Source: a virus (lineage: Duplodnaviria > Caudoviricetes). Taken from it: a stretch of 64,000 nucleotides of DNA. A model generated the notes under the pieces. The model was not told the origin of the DNA and made no database searches. It was given only the letters and a program-made list of their open reading frames with translations. Location: the IMG/VR virus record IMGVR_UViG_3300032007_000036, positions 32,001 through 96,000 of that record; one strand, 5' to 3'. The position numbers were made by a program, and so were the translations under genes. Below, one piece after another: positions 55,748 through 64,000 of this stretch; the first letter of the stretch is position 1; every line of letters begins with the position of its first letter.

Positions 55748-55872
55748 AATAGCACCTTTGTTACTTGTTTTTAGTTGAAATAAGCTATCAAACCATAGTA
55801 TAGTTTTGAGATTTGACCCCTATTTTCAGCGTGTTTTCAGGGGGATTTTCTAAAGAAGAAAGGAGGTTCTCA

Positions 55873-57495
55873 ATGAGTCTAGGATTCGTCGAAATTGACG
55901 GTCGGCGATACCGGATCAAGTACAAAGATCCGGACGAATCTGACATAGATTCGGAGTTTAAGAAACTCAAGAACTCAGCGGGACCGAATTACAACCCAGA
56001 ACTTGACAAAGAACGCTTCATGGCTAGAGCTAGAACTCTTGCCGCAAGTAAGAAATACGAGGAGGCAAGTCGTGAAGCGTACGGATACGCTACGAAAATT
56101 GTCGCCAAATTGGATGAGCTTAAAGCAGAACCTGGTATCTCACAACGCCGTACCGCAACACTTTCAGTTGAAGGTGTGTCGAATGGAGTTCTCAAGTCTA
56201 TCGAACTCGTGTCTACCAATGATTCCGATCCTCCGAATGTCATTACTGATGAGAAGGTGAAGAAGTCGCTTGAGACTCTTGTTGCCAAACTCAACAAAGA
56301 GAACTACGATCATCAGCAGAGCAGCAAGACTCCTAAGGAAGATACATACCTCAAGATTCCGACTCCTGATTACAGCAAACCCATTCCAGATCAGATCGAA
56401 GACCTGGCTTACTGGTTTGCTGGTGCTGGAGACAAGGATCATCAGTTCGCGTTGGAGATGACTCGGATCAATCGATTCAACAAATCGTTCCTTCCTGCCA
56501 ACAGGGAGCTTGTCGGGTACACGTTCATCACCAGACCGCACTGCAACCTTGCCAATGAGAACCTTGCGAATGTAAGAGATTTCGCACCGCTTCTGTTCTG
56601 CCATCCTAACAGCATCCAGATGGCCATCAGACAGAGCCTCGACACCGAGTTCGCTTATCGGCATGGTGGAGAGGACAAGTTCAAGTGTCCTCTTATTGAC
56701 ACACAGAACCCGTTCTTCGTCATGTGCTGCAATAGTCTGAGGTCGTGCAACGGCTTCCCTGACCCTACTCTTGCTATCGAAACTACAGAAGGAGGATTCT
56801 TCTCGGAACAGCAGTCTGGAGTTATCGGTTATGATCGTATGGCCAAGGGACAGGATCTTCAGTTGACATTCCGTGACTACATCGGTGCTCCGGTGATGAG
56901 TGCGATCGATTTTTGGGTCAAGTACATGGGCTACGTCCAGGACGGAACCATGCATCAGTACAAAGAAGACATCGAGCACAATCTCTTTGGTTATTCGGTA
57001 TCGATCTACCGATTTTTGCTCGACTACTCTGGAAGGAGAATAACTCGCTGGGCTAAGGCTACTGGCTGCTGGCCCAAGATGTCTCCGATGGGAACTATCT
57101 TCAATGTGTCTGAAGGCGAAACTGTCGTAAATGCTGCTAAGGATAACTTCTCGGTTCCATTCCAGGCAAGTGTCTTCGAGTACAATGATCCTGAGATCTT
57201 GAGAGACTTCAACATTCTGGTAAGACGCTACTGCGCCAGCATAGCCGACGGTGAACCTACCGGAGGCAAGGGTGATGGCAATGAGCTCCTTCCCGATCTT
57301 CGTACACACATAACGAACAACAGAGCAGGCATTCCGTATGTGACATTCAGATACGGTGCACCTGAGTTGATCTGGAAAGTTCCTGTTGGCCACTCTAGTG
57401 GTAACGGAACTGCAGTCAACACTCCAGTTGTCAGTAATTCAGACTACAAGGAGCCGAAGGATCCTGATAGCGATTACTTGAGATTTCCTCACTAA
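55873..57495 (+). CDS. Virion structural protein (phiKZ gp88-like)
   Basis: Start at 55873 with SD AGGAGG; GYTF.TRP..NL, N.L.S..GFPD, IYRF.LD and EYNDP.IL..FN motifs. Confidence 0.65.
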   Translation: MSLGFVEIDGRRYRIKYKDPDESDIDSEFKKLKNSAGPNYNPELDKERFMARARTLAASKKYEEASREAYGYATKIVAKLDELKAEPGISQRRTATLSVEGVSNGVLKSIELVSTNDSDPPNVITDEKVKKSLETLVAKLNKENYDHQQSSKTPKEDTYLKIPTPDYSKPIPDQIEDLAYWFAGAGDKDHQFALEMTRINRFNKSFLPANRELVGYTFITRPHCNLANENLANVRDFAPLLFCHPNSIQMAIRQSLDTEFAYRHGGEDKFKCPLIDTQNPFFVMCCNSLRSCNGFPDPTLAIETTEGGFFSEQQSGVIGYDRMAKGQDLQLTFRDYIGAPVMSAIDFWVKYMGYVQDGTMHQYKEDIEHNLFGYSVSIYRFLLDYSGRRITRWAKATGCWPKMSPMGTIFNVSEGETVVNAAKDNFSVPFQASVFEYNDPEILRDFNILVRRYCASIADGEPTGGKGDGNELLPDLRTHITNNRAGIPYVTFRYGAPELIWKVPVGHSSGNGTAVNTPVVSNSDYKEPKDPDSDYLRFPH

Positions 57496-57514
57496 CTAAA
57501 TAGAAGGGACATTC

Positions 57515-60500
57515 ATGTCTACGAGTATTGACGATTGGACACTTGACGGTATCAAGAACCCACAAGTGCTCCAGAGTTACATACTGGATAAGTTCAGTGA
57601 GAGCACAGGTGGGAAGCAGGTGATTGTTGACGGCAATAATCCAACCAGCTTCCTCATCGAAGGCTTTTCTAGCTTGACTTCCAAGCTTATCCAGAAGATC
57701 GATGATACTGTTCTTCCTGCCATCTATCCTAGCAGAGCACAGAGTATCACCGACCTTTACAAACATCTGAGCGACTACGACTACCTCGGTCTGTTCGCGT
57801 CCCCTGCATCGTGCACAATCGTGCTGATAGTTGAGCAGGGCTACCTAATGCGCAATGCAGTTGAAGTGGGAACTGTAGATGGCGTTACTGTAAAGCAGGT
57901 CGTTATTCCACAGACCACTCGGTTCAAGATCGGTAATTATGTCTTCGGACTCTACTATCCGATCAGGATCCGTGTGTCTTCAGAGACAGGCATGTTCGTC
58001 GTGGAATACGACAACACTGTCAACAACCCGCTTCACATCCTCAGCCAGAACATCCTCGAACACTCGTTCTACAGGAACGAAGGGTTGAACCTGGCCTACA
58101 TCAAGATTCCTGTGTACCAGTTCGATACCCAGACGACTGAAGAGCCTCTGGTTGACTCGACTGGTTACCGCAGAGTTATCGAGTACACCGACAAGTTCTA
58201 TGCACTCAAGTGCACTGCGGACGTTCGTGATCCTGAGACCGACACCTGGTCTAACCAGGAACTTGCACTTGCTCTGTCTGGCAGAACATACAACCCAGAG
58301 AAACCCACAGTTGTGTTCTCGATTGATCCTGCCAACAAGCAGTGTATCGTGGAGATTCCGTACATCTATTTCACGCAGAACCTTATCCGTGGAAACATCC
58401 GTGTTGACATCTACACGACCGCTGGTTACTTGAACTACCAGATCCCGACTGGAACTAATGATACTGTCGGAATCGACATGTTCACTGTTCCTCTGGACAC
58501 GGAAGTCCGCAAGTACACAGAACCTTTCCGCAAGATGCCTGCCCTTACAGCTATTCCTGTTACTACACAAGTGGTTGGTGGAACTAACGGGTATTCCTAC
58601 TCGGATCTTCGCAAGAAGGTTATCGCTGATGCGTTCGGTGACGCTACTCTGCAGACTCCTGCGGATATCGATGCGTACTTCTCCAACATCGGCTATGTGA
58701 CGTCGCTGTTCAAGGACGGTATAACCGACCGTATCTTCAACGCCCATGCCACACTGCGTGACACGGACGATGCGATTATTGCGGCTGGTTGTGTGGATAC
58801 TCTCATTACCTTGGATACGCTGAAGTCGAGCAACTCCTCGACTATTATCACGACTGGTGAGAACGTGTACACGATCCTCCCGTCTACAAGGTACAAGTTT
58901 GACTCGGACAAGGGAATCTGTGTTCCTCTGACTGACAATGAACTAAACGCTCTTAATGGTCTTGGAGCTGCCGATAAGGTTAATGCGTTCAACAACGCGA
59001 CCTACACTCTCTGCCCGTTCCACATCCAGCTATCGCTCAAAGATCGTTATCCTACATCTGCAACATTCGACATGACTGACTCGGCTATTGAGTCGAGAAC
59101 ATCTGTCCGTACTCGTACAGACGTGGCTCAGCACCTGGCTATCAACTCTGCGTTGCTTAGCATTGTTCCTGTTGATGCCACACGTGATGATGACATGATC
59201 ACGGATAAGTACAGGATCACCCTGAACATTATCCGTTCTGGTATGAACAATGTGGAAGCGATCATTTCGAACGGTGAGTCACAGGGAATTGCCAACATCA
59301 GGTGTATCGTCGGTATCAAGACACTTGACGGAAGTTATGTGTTCGCTGACGCTGAGTACCTTGGTCGTGAGTCCGAGATCGATACCTATCAGTTGCTCGT
59401 ATCTGCTACTGCAGCGTTCACCAGTACTGAGGAAGGTCGTGCTGTGCGTATTAAAGCTCCGTTCTCTGTTAACGGAGTTGATGTGCTTCTCACAACTGAA
59501 ATCCGCATTATCCTCTGTGTACGCAACACAGTCAACGGTATCGCTGAGACGGTTAGCGGCAGTAAGTACAACTCGACCAAGATCCTTGACACCGACTTCA
59601 CGATGGCAGAACTCGATGACATCGGTTCCTACATCGCCCTGTCTGAACATCAGCTGGTAGTTCGCTTCGGCAAGATGGTCAATGAAGTTGACCAGCGTAT
59701 TGCTCTGAGCTACAGTGGCATCCAGTATAAGAAGTATGCTACGACAGAGATGGCAACTCTGGATTATCCGGTCTACGTGACTGATGAGAACGGAGTGCCG
59801 ATTCTGTCGCATGGTGAACTTCAGGTAAAGTATGCTGCTGGCACACTCAAGGCTGCGACTATAGCCGTGACTGAAGACAAGCCTATCTCATACTTCCTCA
59901 GGAAGAACTTGGCTGGCTGTGAAGCAATCTACAACAACAATAGAGTAACTCTGCCCTCGGTAAACAACTGGGTGATCGCAGATGGCAAATACTCTGGAAC
60001 AGATGCTGCCATGCTCACTGATGTGGATGGCACAGCTATTCCTGTGGATGGATTTATTGTTCCGAGTTTTGAGATAACGGCTGCAAGACTTACCCTTGCC
60101 GGTATCAACCCGATCATCGGTACGTACGAGGTAGCAGATGCCAAGAACACTGGCCCTCTGTCCTCGGCTTCCGATGAGTGGTACCGTGTGTTCAAGACTT
60201 CTGAGGTCAACACTTCAGGTGGTACCGATAGTGTGACTAATGTTTACAAGATCGGTGCTATGGACGCACTCAAGTTCGTTGTCAACTACATCCTTACCAG
60301 GAACGGAGCTAAATCTCCTGTTCATGTTGTTGATGCTGCTGAGTATGTGACTGACCTGGTGACAGGTGAAGTTTCCATCATCGGTTATGTGGACAACAAG
60401 ATCAATACTCTCACAGAGTACACTGACGGAATGTTTGTGCTTGTTGAACACGACACTGGGGATGAACTCTCTCATCCTGCAAGGCTGTACCTTCGTAAGA

Positions 60501-61744
60501 ACAACACTTGGAACGTTGTCAAGACGTTCGAGGTTGAAACCTACGACGGAGTAGTTGGGCTTATAGCAGCAGACGAACTTGGTATGATCAAGCCTACAGA
60601 GACGACATATCTGTCCACGAGGAAATACTTCCACATGGAAGGTAACATCTGGGCCAAGATGACAGTTGTTCCTGGCGAACCTGTTGCAAACGATGCCTAC
60701 GTGTACTCTCCGCAGTCCAACGGTTACGTCTATCTCCTTCGTCGTATTAAACCGATGGATCCTAACGGAGTAGACTACGAGTGGAAGTCCACGGAAACCA
60801 AGGTTCAGTACGTCGCATTTCTCACTCAGACAGAGGGCGGTATTCCTGATTTCACAAGGAGACCTACTTCTTCTGATGCACTTATCTTTGCTGCAGACGA
60901 TAACTCCATCCTGGATGGAACGTTCAAGAAGGATGAGTTCTGGAAGAGCTACGTCAACAAGTGGCCTTGGGAAGTTACAGAGTGGAACAGACTTGACACC
61001 TCGTTGTCTATAGACAACGTTCCTGTCAACGCCTACAAGGTTGACGATCAGGTAGTTACCGAGTTTGATGTTGCGCGCATGGAGAAATACTGCGTGCACA
61101 CCTCCGGACAAGTCATTCTGACCAATGGGCAACCCACTCCTGTTGAAGGTAGTGGAAGAGAGGTTCAGTACCTCGTCAACGTGCTTCATGTTGATGCCAA
61201 GTTGGCTGAGACTACGACTAACAAAGTGATCAGGACCTATCCTGGTTCTGTTGTGGAAACCATGAGATCTCACTTCAACAACTTGGGTGCGGTCAAGAAC
61301 AGGTTGTACACAAGCACCAAGCTCTACTTCGAGCCGATGCGTTCACTTGGGTTCGGAAGGTTCTACACTGACGGTGAGACAGTTGCGACTTACCCGTTGG
61401 ATATCTCGATGGCATTCAGGCTGCACGTCAGCCCTGATATCGCCGATGATTCAACGATGCTCGAGTCGCTCAGGGAATCGGTTATTAGGTTGATCGATGA
61501 CCACATGGCTGAAGGCTCTACCAACATGGCTGTTATTGCGCAGCTCATCAAAGACAACAACTCTGACTCTGTCAGGTACGTTGACGTCCTTGGCATCAAT
61601 GGCGACGAATCTCTCCAGACGATGCGTTGTGTTGATCCTGAAGTCAGACCTCACCTAAAGCATGAACTCAGACTGCTGGACGACAATGCGACTATTGACC
61701 TGACTCGTGGATTATCACTCGAGTTCGTCATAGCCGACGTGTAA
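57515..61744 (+). CDS. Baseplate wedge-like structural protein (phiKZ gp87-like) with a large insertion
   Basis: D.NNP..FL.E, YP.RA....DLY.HLSD.DY..LFA.P, YTT.G, GG.NG......R and D.ITDR motifs. Confidence 0.7.
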   Translation: MSTSIDDWTLDGIKNPQVLQSYILDKFSESTGGKQVIVDGNNPTSFLIEGFSSLTSKLIQKIDDTVLPAIYPSRAQSITDLYKHLSDYDYLGLFASPASCTIVLIVEQGYLMRNAVEVGTVDGVTVKQVVIPQTTRFKIGNYVFGLYYPIRIRVSSETGMFVVEYDNTVNNPLHILSQNILEHSFYRNEGLNLAYIKIPVYQFDTQTTEEPLVDSTGYRRVIEYTDKFYALKCTADVRDPETDTWSNQELALALSGRTYNPEKPTVVFSIDPANKQCIVEIPYIYFTQNLIRGNIRVDIYTTAGYLNYQIPTGTNDTVGIDMFTVPLDTEVRKYTEPFRKMPALTAIPVTTQVVGGTNGYSYSDLRKKVIADAFGDATLQTPADIDAYFSNIGYVTSLFKDGITDRIFNAHATLRDTDDAIIAAGCVDTLITLDTLKSSNSSTIITTGENVYTILPSTRYKFDSDKGICVPLTDNELNALNGLGAADKVNAFNNATYTLCPFHIQLSLKDRYPTSATFDMTDSAIESRTSVRTRTDVAQHLAINSALLSIVPVDATRDDDMITDKYRITLNIIRSGMNNVEAIISNGESQGIANIRCIVGIKTLDGSYVFADAEYLGRESEIDTYQLLVSATAAFTSTEEGRAVRIKAPFSVNGVDVLLTTEIRIILCVRNTVNGIAETVSGSKYNSTKILDTDFTMAELDDIGSYIALSEHQLVVRFGKMVNEVDQRIALSYSGIQYKKYATTEMATLDYPVYVTDENGVPILSHGELQVKYAAGTLKAATIAVTEDKPISYFLRKNLAGCEAIYNNNRVTLPSVNNWVIADGKYSGTDAAMLTDVDGTAIPVDGFIVPSFEITAARLTLAGINPIIGTYEVADAKNTGPLSSASDEWYRVFKTSEVNTSGGTDSVTNVYKIGAMDALKFVVNYILTRNGAKSPVHVVDAAEYVTDLVTGEVSIIGYVDNKINTLTEYTDGMFVLVEHDTGDELSHPARLYLRKNNTWNVVKTFEVETYDGVVGLIAADELGMIKPTETTYLSTRKYFHMEGNIWAKMTVVPGEPVANDAYVYSPQSNGYVYLLRRIKPMDPNGVDYEWKSTETKVQYVAFLTQTEGGIPDFTRRPTSSDALIFAADDNSILDGTFKKDEFWKSYVNKWPWEVTEWNRLDTSLSIDNVPVNAYKVDDQVVTEFDVARMEKYCVHTSGQVILTNGQPTPVEGSGREVQYLVNVLHVDAKLAETTTNKVIRTYPGSVVETMRSHFNNLGAVKNRLYTSTKLYFEPMRSLGFGRFYTDGETVATYPLDISMAFRLHVSPDIADDSTMLESLRESVIRLIDDHMAEGSTNMAVIAQLIKDNNSDSVRYVDVLGINGDESLQTMRCVDPEVRPHLKHELRLLDDNATIDLTRGLSLEFVIADV

Positions 61745-61780
61745 CACTTCCTACCGTGTGAAGGTAACAAAAAAGAAGAC

Positions 61781-61830
61781 ACCACCTCGGTGCGGGCTAA
61801 CCGCACCGAGGTGGTAAGTCTTTTATTTTT
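61781..61830. terminator. Bidirectional terminator
   Basis: ACCACCTCGGTGCGG / CCGCACCGAGGTGGT stem with A-rich and T-rich flanks. Confidence 0.85.
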
Positions 61831-61832
61831 GG

Positions 61833-62186
61833 TCACTGCTCCAGTACACTGCTTGGATGAGACAGTTGCAGTTTCGATTTATTGTTCTTGCCTTTAATTG
61901 CTAGTACGTCGTACGGCCAACAGACCGTGTCGACGACAGCTTCAAGACAAGTGTCGACAGCTGGTACAAGTGCCAACGGGATGGTGATGATGTTGATCGG
62001 ATAGAACTTGTCACTGGCGCCAGGGGACATGACCTGTGGCCAAGCGACAATGTAAGTCCACGCAATCATTTCCTGAGTGCACTGATAAGTGTCAACGATC
62101 TCTTTATCTGTTCCAGGACACCTGGTATACAGATTCATGCAGCCACATGTAGCAGCAAGCAAGATAAGACAGATGAGTTTCTTCAT
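61833..62186 (-). CDS. YceK/YidQ-like lipoprotein
   Basis: Start MKKLI at 62186; signal ending TCGC; D..LE.VVDT..WPYD matches the family's D.....DT...PYD motif. Confidence 0.65.
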   Translation of the reverse strand: MKKLICLILLAATCGCMNLYTRCPGTDKEIVDTYQCTQEMIAWTYIVAWPQVMSPGASDKFYPINIITIPLALVPAVDTCLEAVVDTVCWPYDVLAIKGKNNKSKLQLSHPSSVLEQ

Positions 62187-62188
62187 GA

Positions 62189-62710
62189 TCAGTCCTTTAT
62201 GCTGCATTTGATTTTCAGTGGTTCCTGACGGATATCCACCGAGACAATGTCCTCGAGAACGTGTTCGATGTGAAGGTCTTCGATTTCATGCCAAATGGAA
62301 GCGGGGTTCTCCTTGGCAGTTTTGTCGATTCCCCACATAGTGCTATTCGCAGCGTTAAAGCTATGGAACCTGTAGGCGTCCACGAGACGATCTACTAGAA
62401 CACTAGTGGAGTTAGTGTGGTAGAGTTTCTTACCGTTCTTGACACCGGCAATCACGTAGCATACGGCAGTGGTGTCATGATCAGCAACTTTCCAGAGAAT
62501 AGCATCTCCACCAGCTTCAGGACGCTCTGCAAGATGGTAGACGCAGAACTCACGGTCATCCCAACGTTTCTTGAGTTCCTCGATAGTGGACTGAGCAAAC
62601 GCTGGAGTTACAAACACCATAGTGTCCGAGTTGATGTCAACTGTACTTCCAGCGTTCGCAACGACACGGTACTCATCGCCCTTCTTGGAGACGATCAGAT
62701 ACACGTTCAT
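62189..62710 (-). CDS. Hypothetical protein
   Basis: 173 aa; ATGA overlap with the upstream gene. Confidence 0.7.
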   Translation of the reverse strand: MNVYLIVSKKGDEYRVVANAGSTVDINSDTMVFVTPAFAQSTIEELKKRWDDREFCVYHLAERPEAGGDAILWKVADHDTTAVCYVIAGVKNGKKLYHTNSTSVLVDRLVDAYRFHSFNAANSTMWGIDKTAKENPASIWHEIEDLHIEHVLEDIVSVDIRQEPLKIKCSIKD

Positions 62711-62946
62711 TTCTTCTTGCCCTTCTTGGCTTTCTTCCTGGTCGGACGGTTCTTCTTGCGAGCCGCCTTGGCAACCTTACGAGCCTTATCGCTCTTGGCT
62801 TTCACATTGCTGTCGTGATTAGCGACGTCTTTCGGCTTGTAGCAGAAGGCAGGCTGAAGGTCACGGATCCGTTCCCTTAGCCTCTGCTCTTCAGTGACGG
62901 CTTCCACCATTTCGGGGAAGGTCGTTATTCCTTCAGGTATGTGCAT
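62707..62946 (-). CDS. Small protein with Lys/Arg-rich tail
   Basis: Start MHIPE at 62946 with SD AAGGA; KARKVAKAARKKNR. Confidence 0.7.
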   Translation of the reverse strand: MHIPEGITTFPEMVEAVTEEQRLRERIRDLQPAFCYKPKDVANHDSNVKAKSDKARKVAKAARKKNRPTRKKAKKGKKK

Positions 62947-63019
62947 TGTGTTTGTTCCTTGTTGAGGGTTGTTGTGTGTACACATTTAGATAATAAATAC
63001 TTGACCTCTAGTCGAGATC

Positions 63020-63673
63020 TTAAGCGTGGAGGAAGATTCCTTTGGACTGTAGGAACTCTCCTGTGATAGCAAGACCAACCCTGGACCCGAATTCCTTAGC
63101 AGTAGGTGAGTCATTGACAAGAGTGTAATCTACTTCAATCTTGTCGATGTAGGCTTCAGACTCATGCTTCTGCCAGTCTGCAGTCTCGAGTCCTTCACGC
63201 TTGACTCTGACGAGGAATCCTCCGTGCTTCTTGATCATCTCAGCTTCATTAGGGAACCGGACATCGGTAATGATCCTGACATGAGTTGGATTTCCATTAG
63301 GTTCGATCTCGTTCTTCGCCTCTTCGATATCGTCAAGGAGAACCTTCTCCACGATCTTGACCCAACAATCCTTGTCAAGGTGGTTGCGGAACATCTCGGA
63401 ACCGACAAGCTGCATGAACTTTCGAGGTGTAACCATCGGGAACATTGGATTGCAAAATGTCTCCTTGAGAGACTGATCCGACATCTGCTCTTTCGTGTAG
63501 CCGAACAGTAAACCTATCTTTCTAATAGTGTCTGCAAATGCAAGATTGCTAACAGGTATCTTGAATAGATCCCAAACACATGTCTGAATGCCACGTGCAG
63601 CAGTGTCTTTTCCGGACTTTGCGTACCCGACAAGACCGATGAAAACAGGATAGTTTTTAGGACGATTTTCCAT
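63020..63673 (-). CDS. Deoxynucleoside monophosphate kinase
   Basis: P-loop GYAKSGKDT, FAD, TPR..MQ..G.E..R, ITDVRFPNE and HESE motifs. Confidence 0.92.
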   Translation of the reverse strand: MENRPKNYPVFIGLVGYAKSGKDTAARGIQTCVWDLFKIPVSNLAFADTIRKIGLLFGYTKEQMSDQSLKETFCNPMFPMVTPRKFMQLVGSEMFRNHLDKDCWVKIVEKVLLDDIEEAKNEIEPNGNPTHVRIITDVRFPNEAEMIKKHGGFLVRVKREGLETADWQKHESEAYIDKIEVDYTLVNDSPTAKEFGSRVGLAITGEFLQSKGIFLHA

Positions 63674-63742
63674 GGATTACTCCTTAGTTTTGTGCTATTT
63701 TATGTGTTCAAAACCATACAAAAATAAATAGGAGTTTACCCT

Positions 63743-63928
63743 ATGCCAGGTTGTATAACGAAGCGGCAGGTTCTGGCTTTCCTTGCCGTCTATGCTATCA
63801 CCAGAGGCGTGATAGATGAAATCAAGCCTGTCGATGACGGGACGACAGAATCGTCCACCTTCGACAAAACCGCGTTCGACGCCACTATGGGCGCAATCGA
63901 AGCTAAGACAAACTGCGAAGGAAAGTAA
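63743..63928 (+). CDS. Hypothetical small protein
   Basis: 61 aa with SD AGGAG. Confidence 0.6.
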   Translation: MPGCITKRQVLAFLAVYAITRGVIDEIKPVDDGTTESSTFDKTAFDATMGAIEAKTNCEGK

Positions 63929-63938
63929 AGGTTAAGCT

Positions 63939-64000
63939 ATGGCAGATCTTACTGGATTTCGGCAGATGCTTGCCGATAGGGCTGAGGCCGATAAGGGTCT
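63939..64000 (+). CDS. 5' end of a gene truncated by the window edge
   Basis: ATG at 63939 with SD AAGG; frame open to the end of the window. Confidence 0.5.
   Translation, partial: MADLTGFRQMLADRAEADKG

Noticed and set aside
1-64000. Stop-codon reassignment, CRISPR arrays, introns/inteins, chimallin, tubulin, major capsid gene
   Set aside because: Conserved genes are uninterrupted in code 11 and use all three stops. I recognised no repeat-spacer array or motifs of these proteins, so nucleus formation cannot be confirmed from this window.

Overview
This window is part of a phiKZ-like (Chimalliviridae-type) jumbo phage genome, read in the standard genetic code. Recognisable genes are: three split RNA polymerase subunits (non-virion beta N-terminal part, virion beta C-terminal part, virion beta' C-terminal part), the catalytic half of a split family-B DNA polymerase, RNase HI, dNMP kinase, GyrB and GyrA, a GroEL-like chaperonin, a GH24 lysozyme with an N-terminal signal, a probable portal, baseplate/tail proteins and a head/inner-body protein cluster. 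Many intrinsic terminators and phiKZ-type TATATTAC early-promoter motifs are present; all the promoter motifs I noticed are on the minus strand. phiKZ gp numbers are from recalled motifs and synteny, not from a database search. The most notable observations are: (1) a candidate programmed -1 frameshift (T TTT TTC at 45090-45096) fusing a 569-aa CxxC protein to the next ORF in the manner of lambda G/GT tail chaperones, in an operon with the chaperonin; (2) several ORF-free structured intergenic RNAs, including a ~280-nt element between a CxxC-x17-CxxC protein gene and RNase H, about 0.9 kb downstream of an AT-rich origin-like tract; (3) an apparently inactive prohead-protease paralog; (4) a type IIA topoisomerase lacking both quinolone-bridging residues; (5) a lipobox-bearing endolysin. 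I did not recognise any tRNA, CRISPR array, intron, intein, reverse transcriptase, chimallin or major capsid gene.
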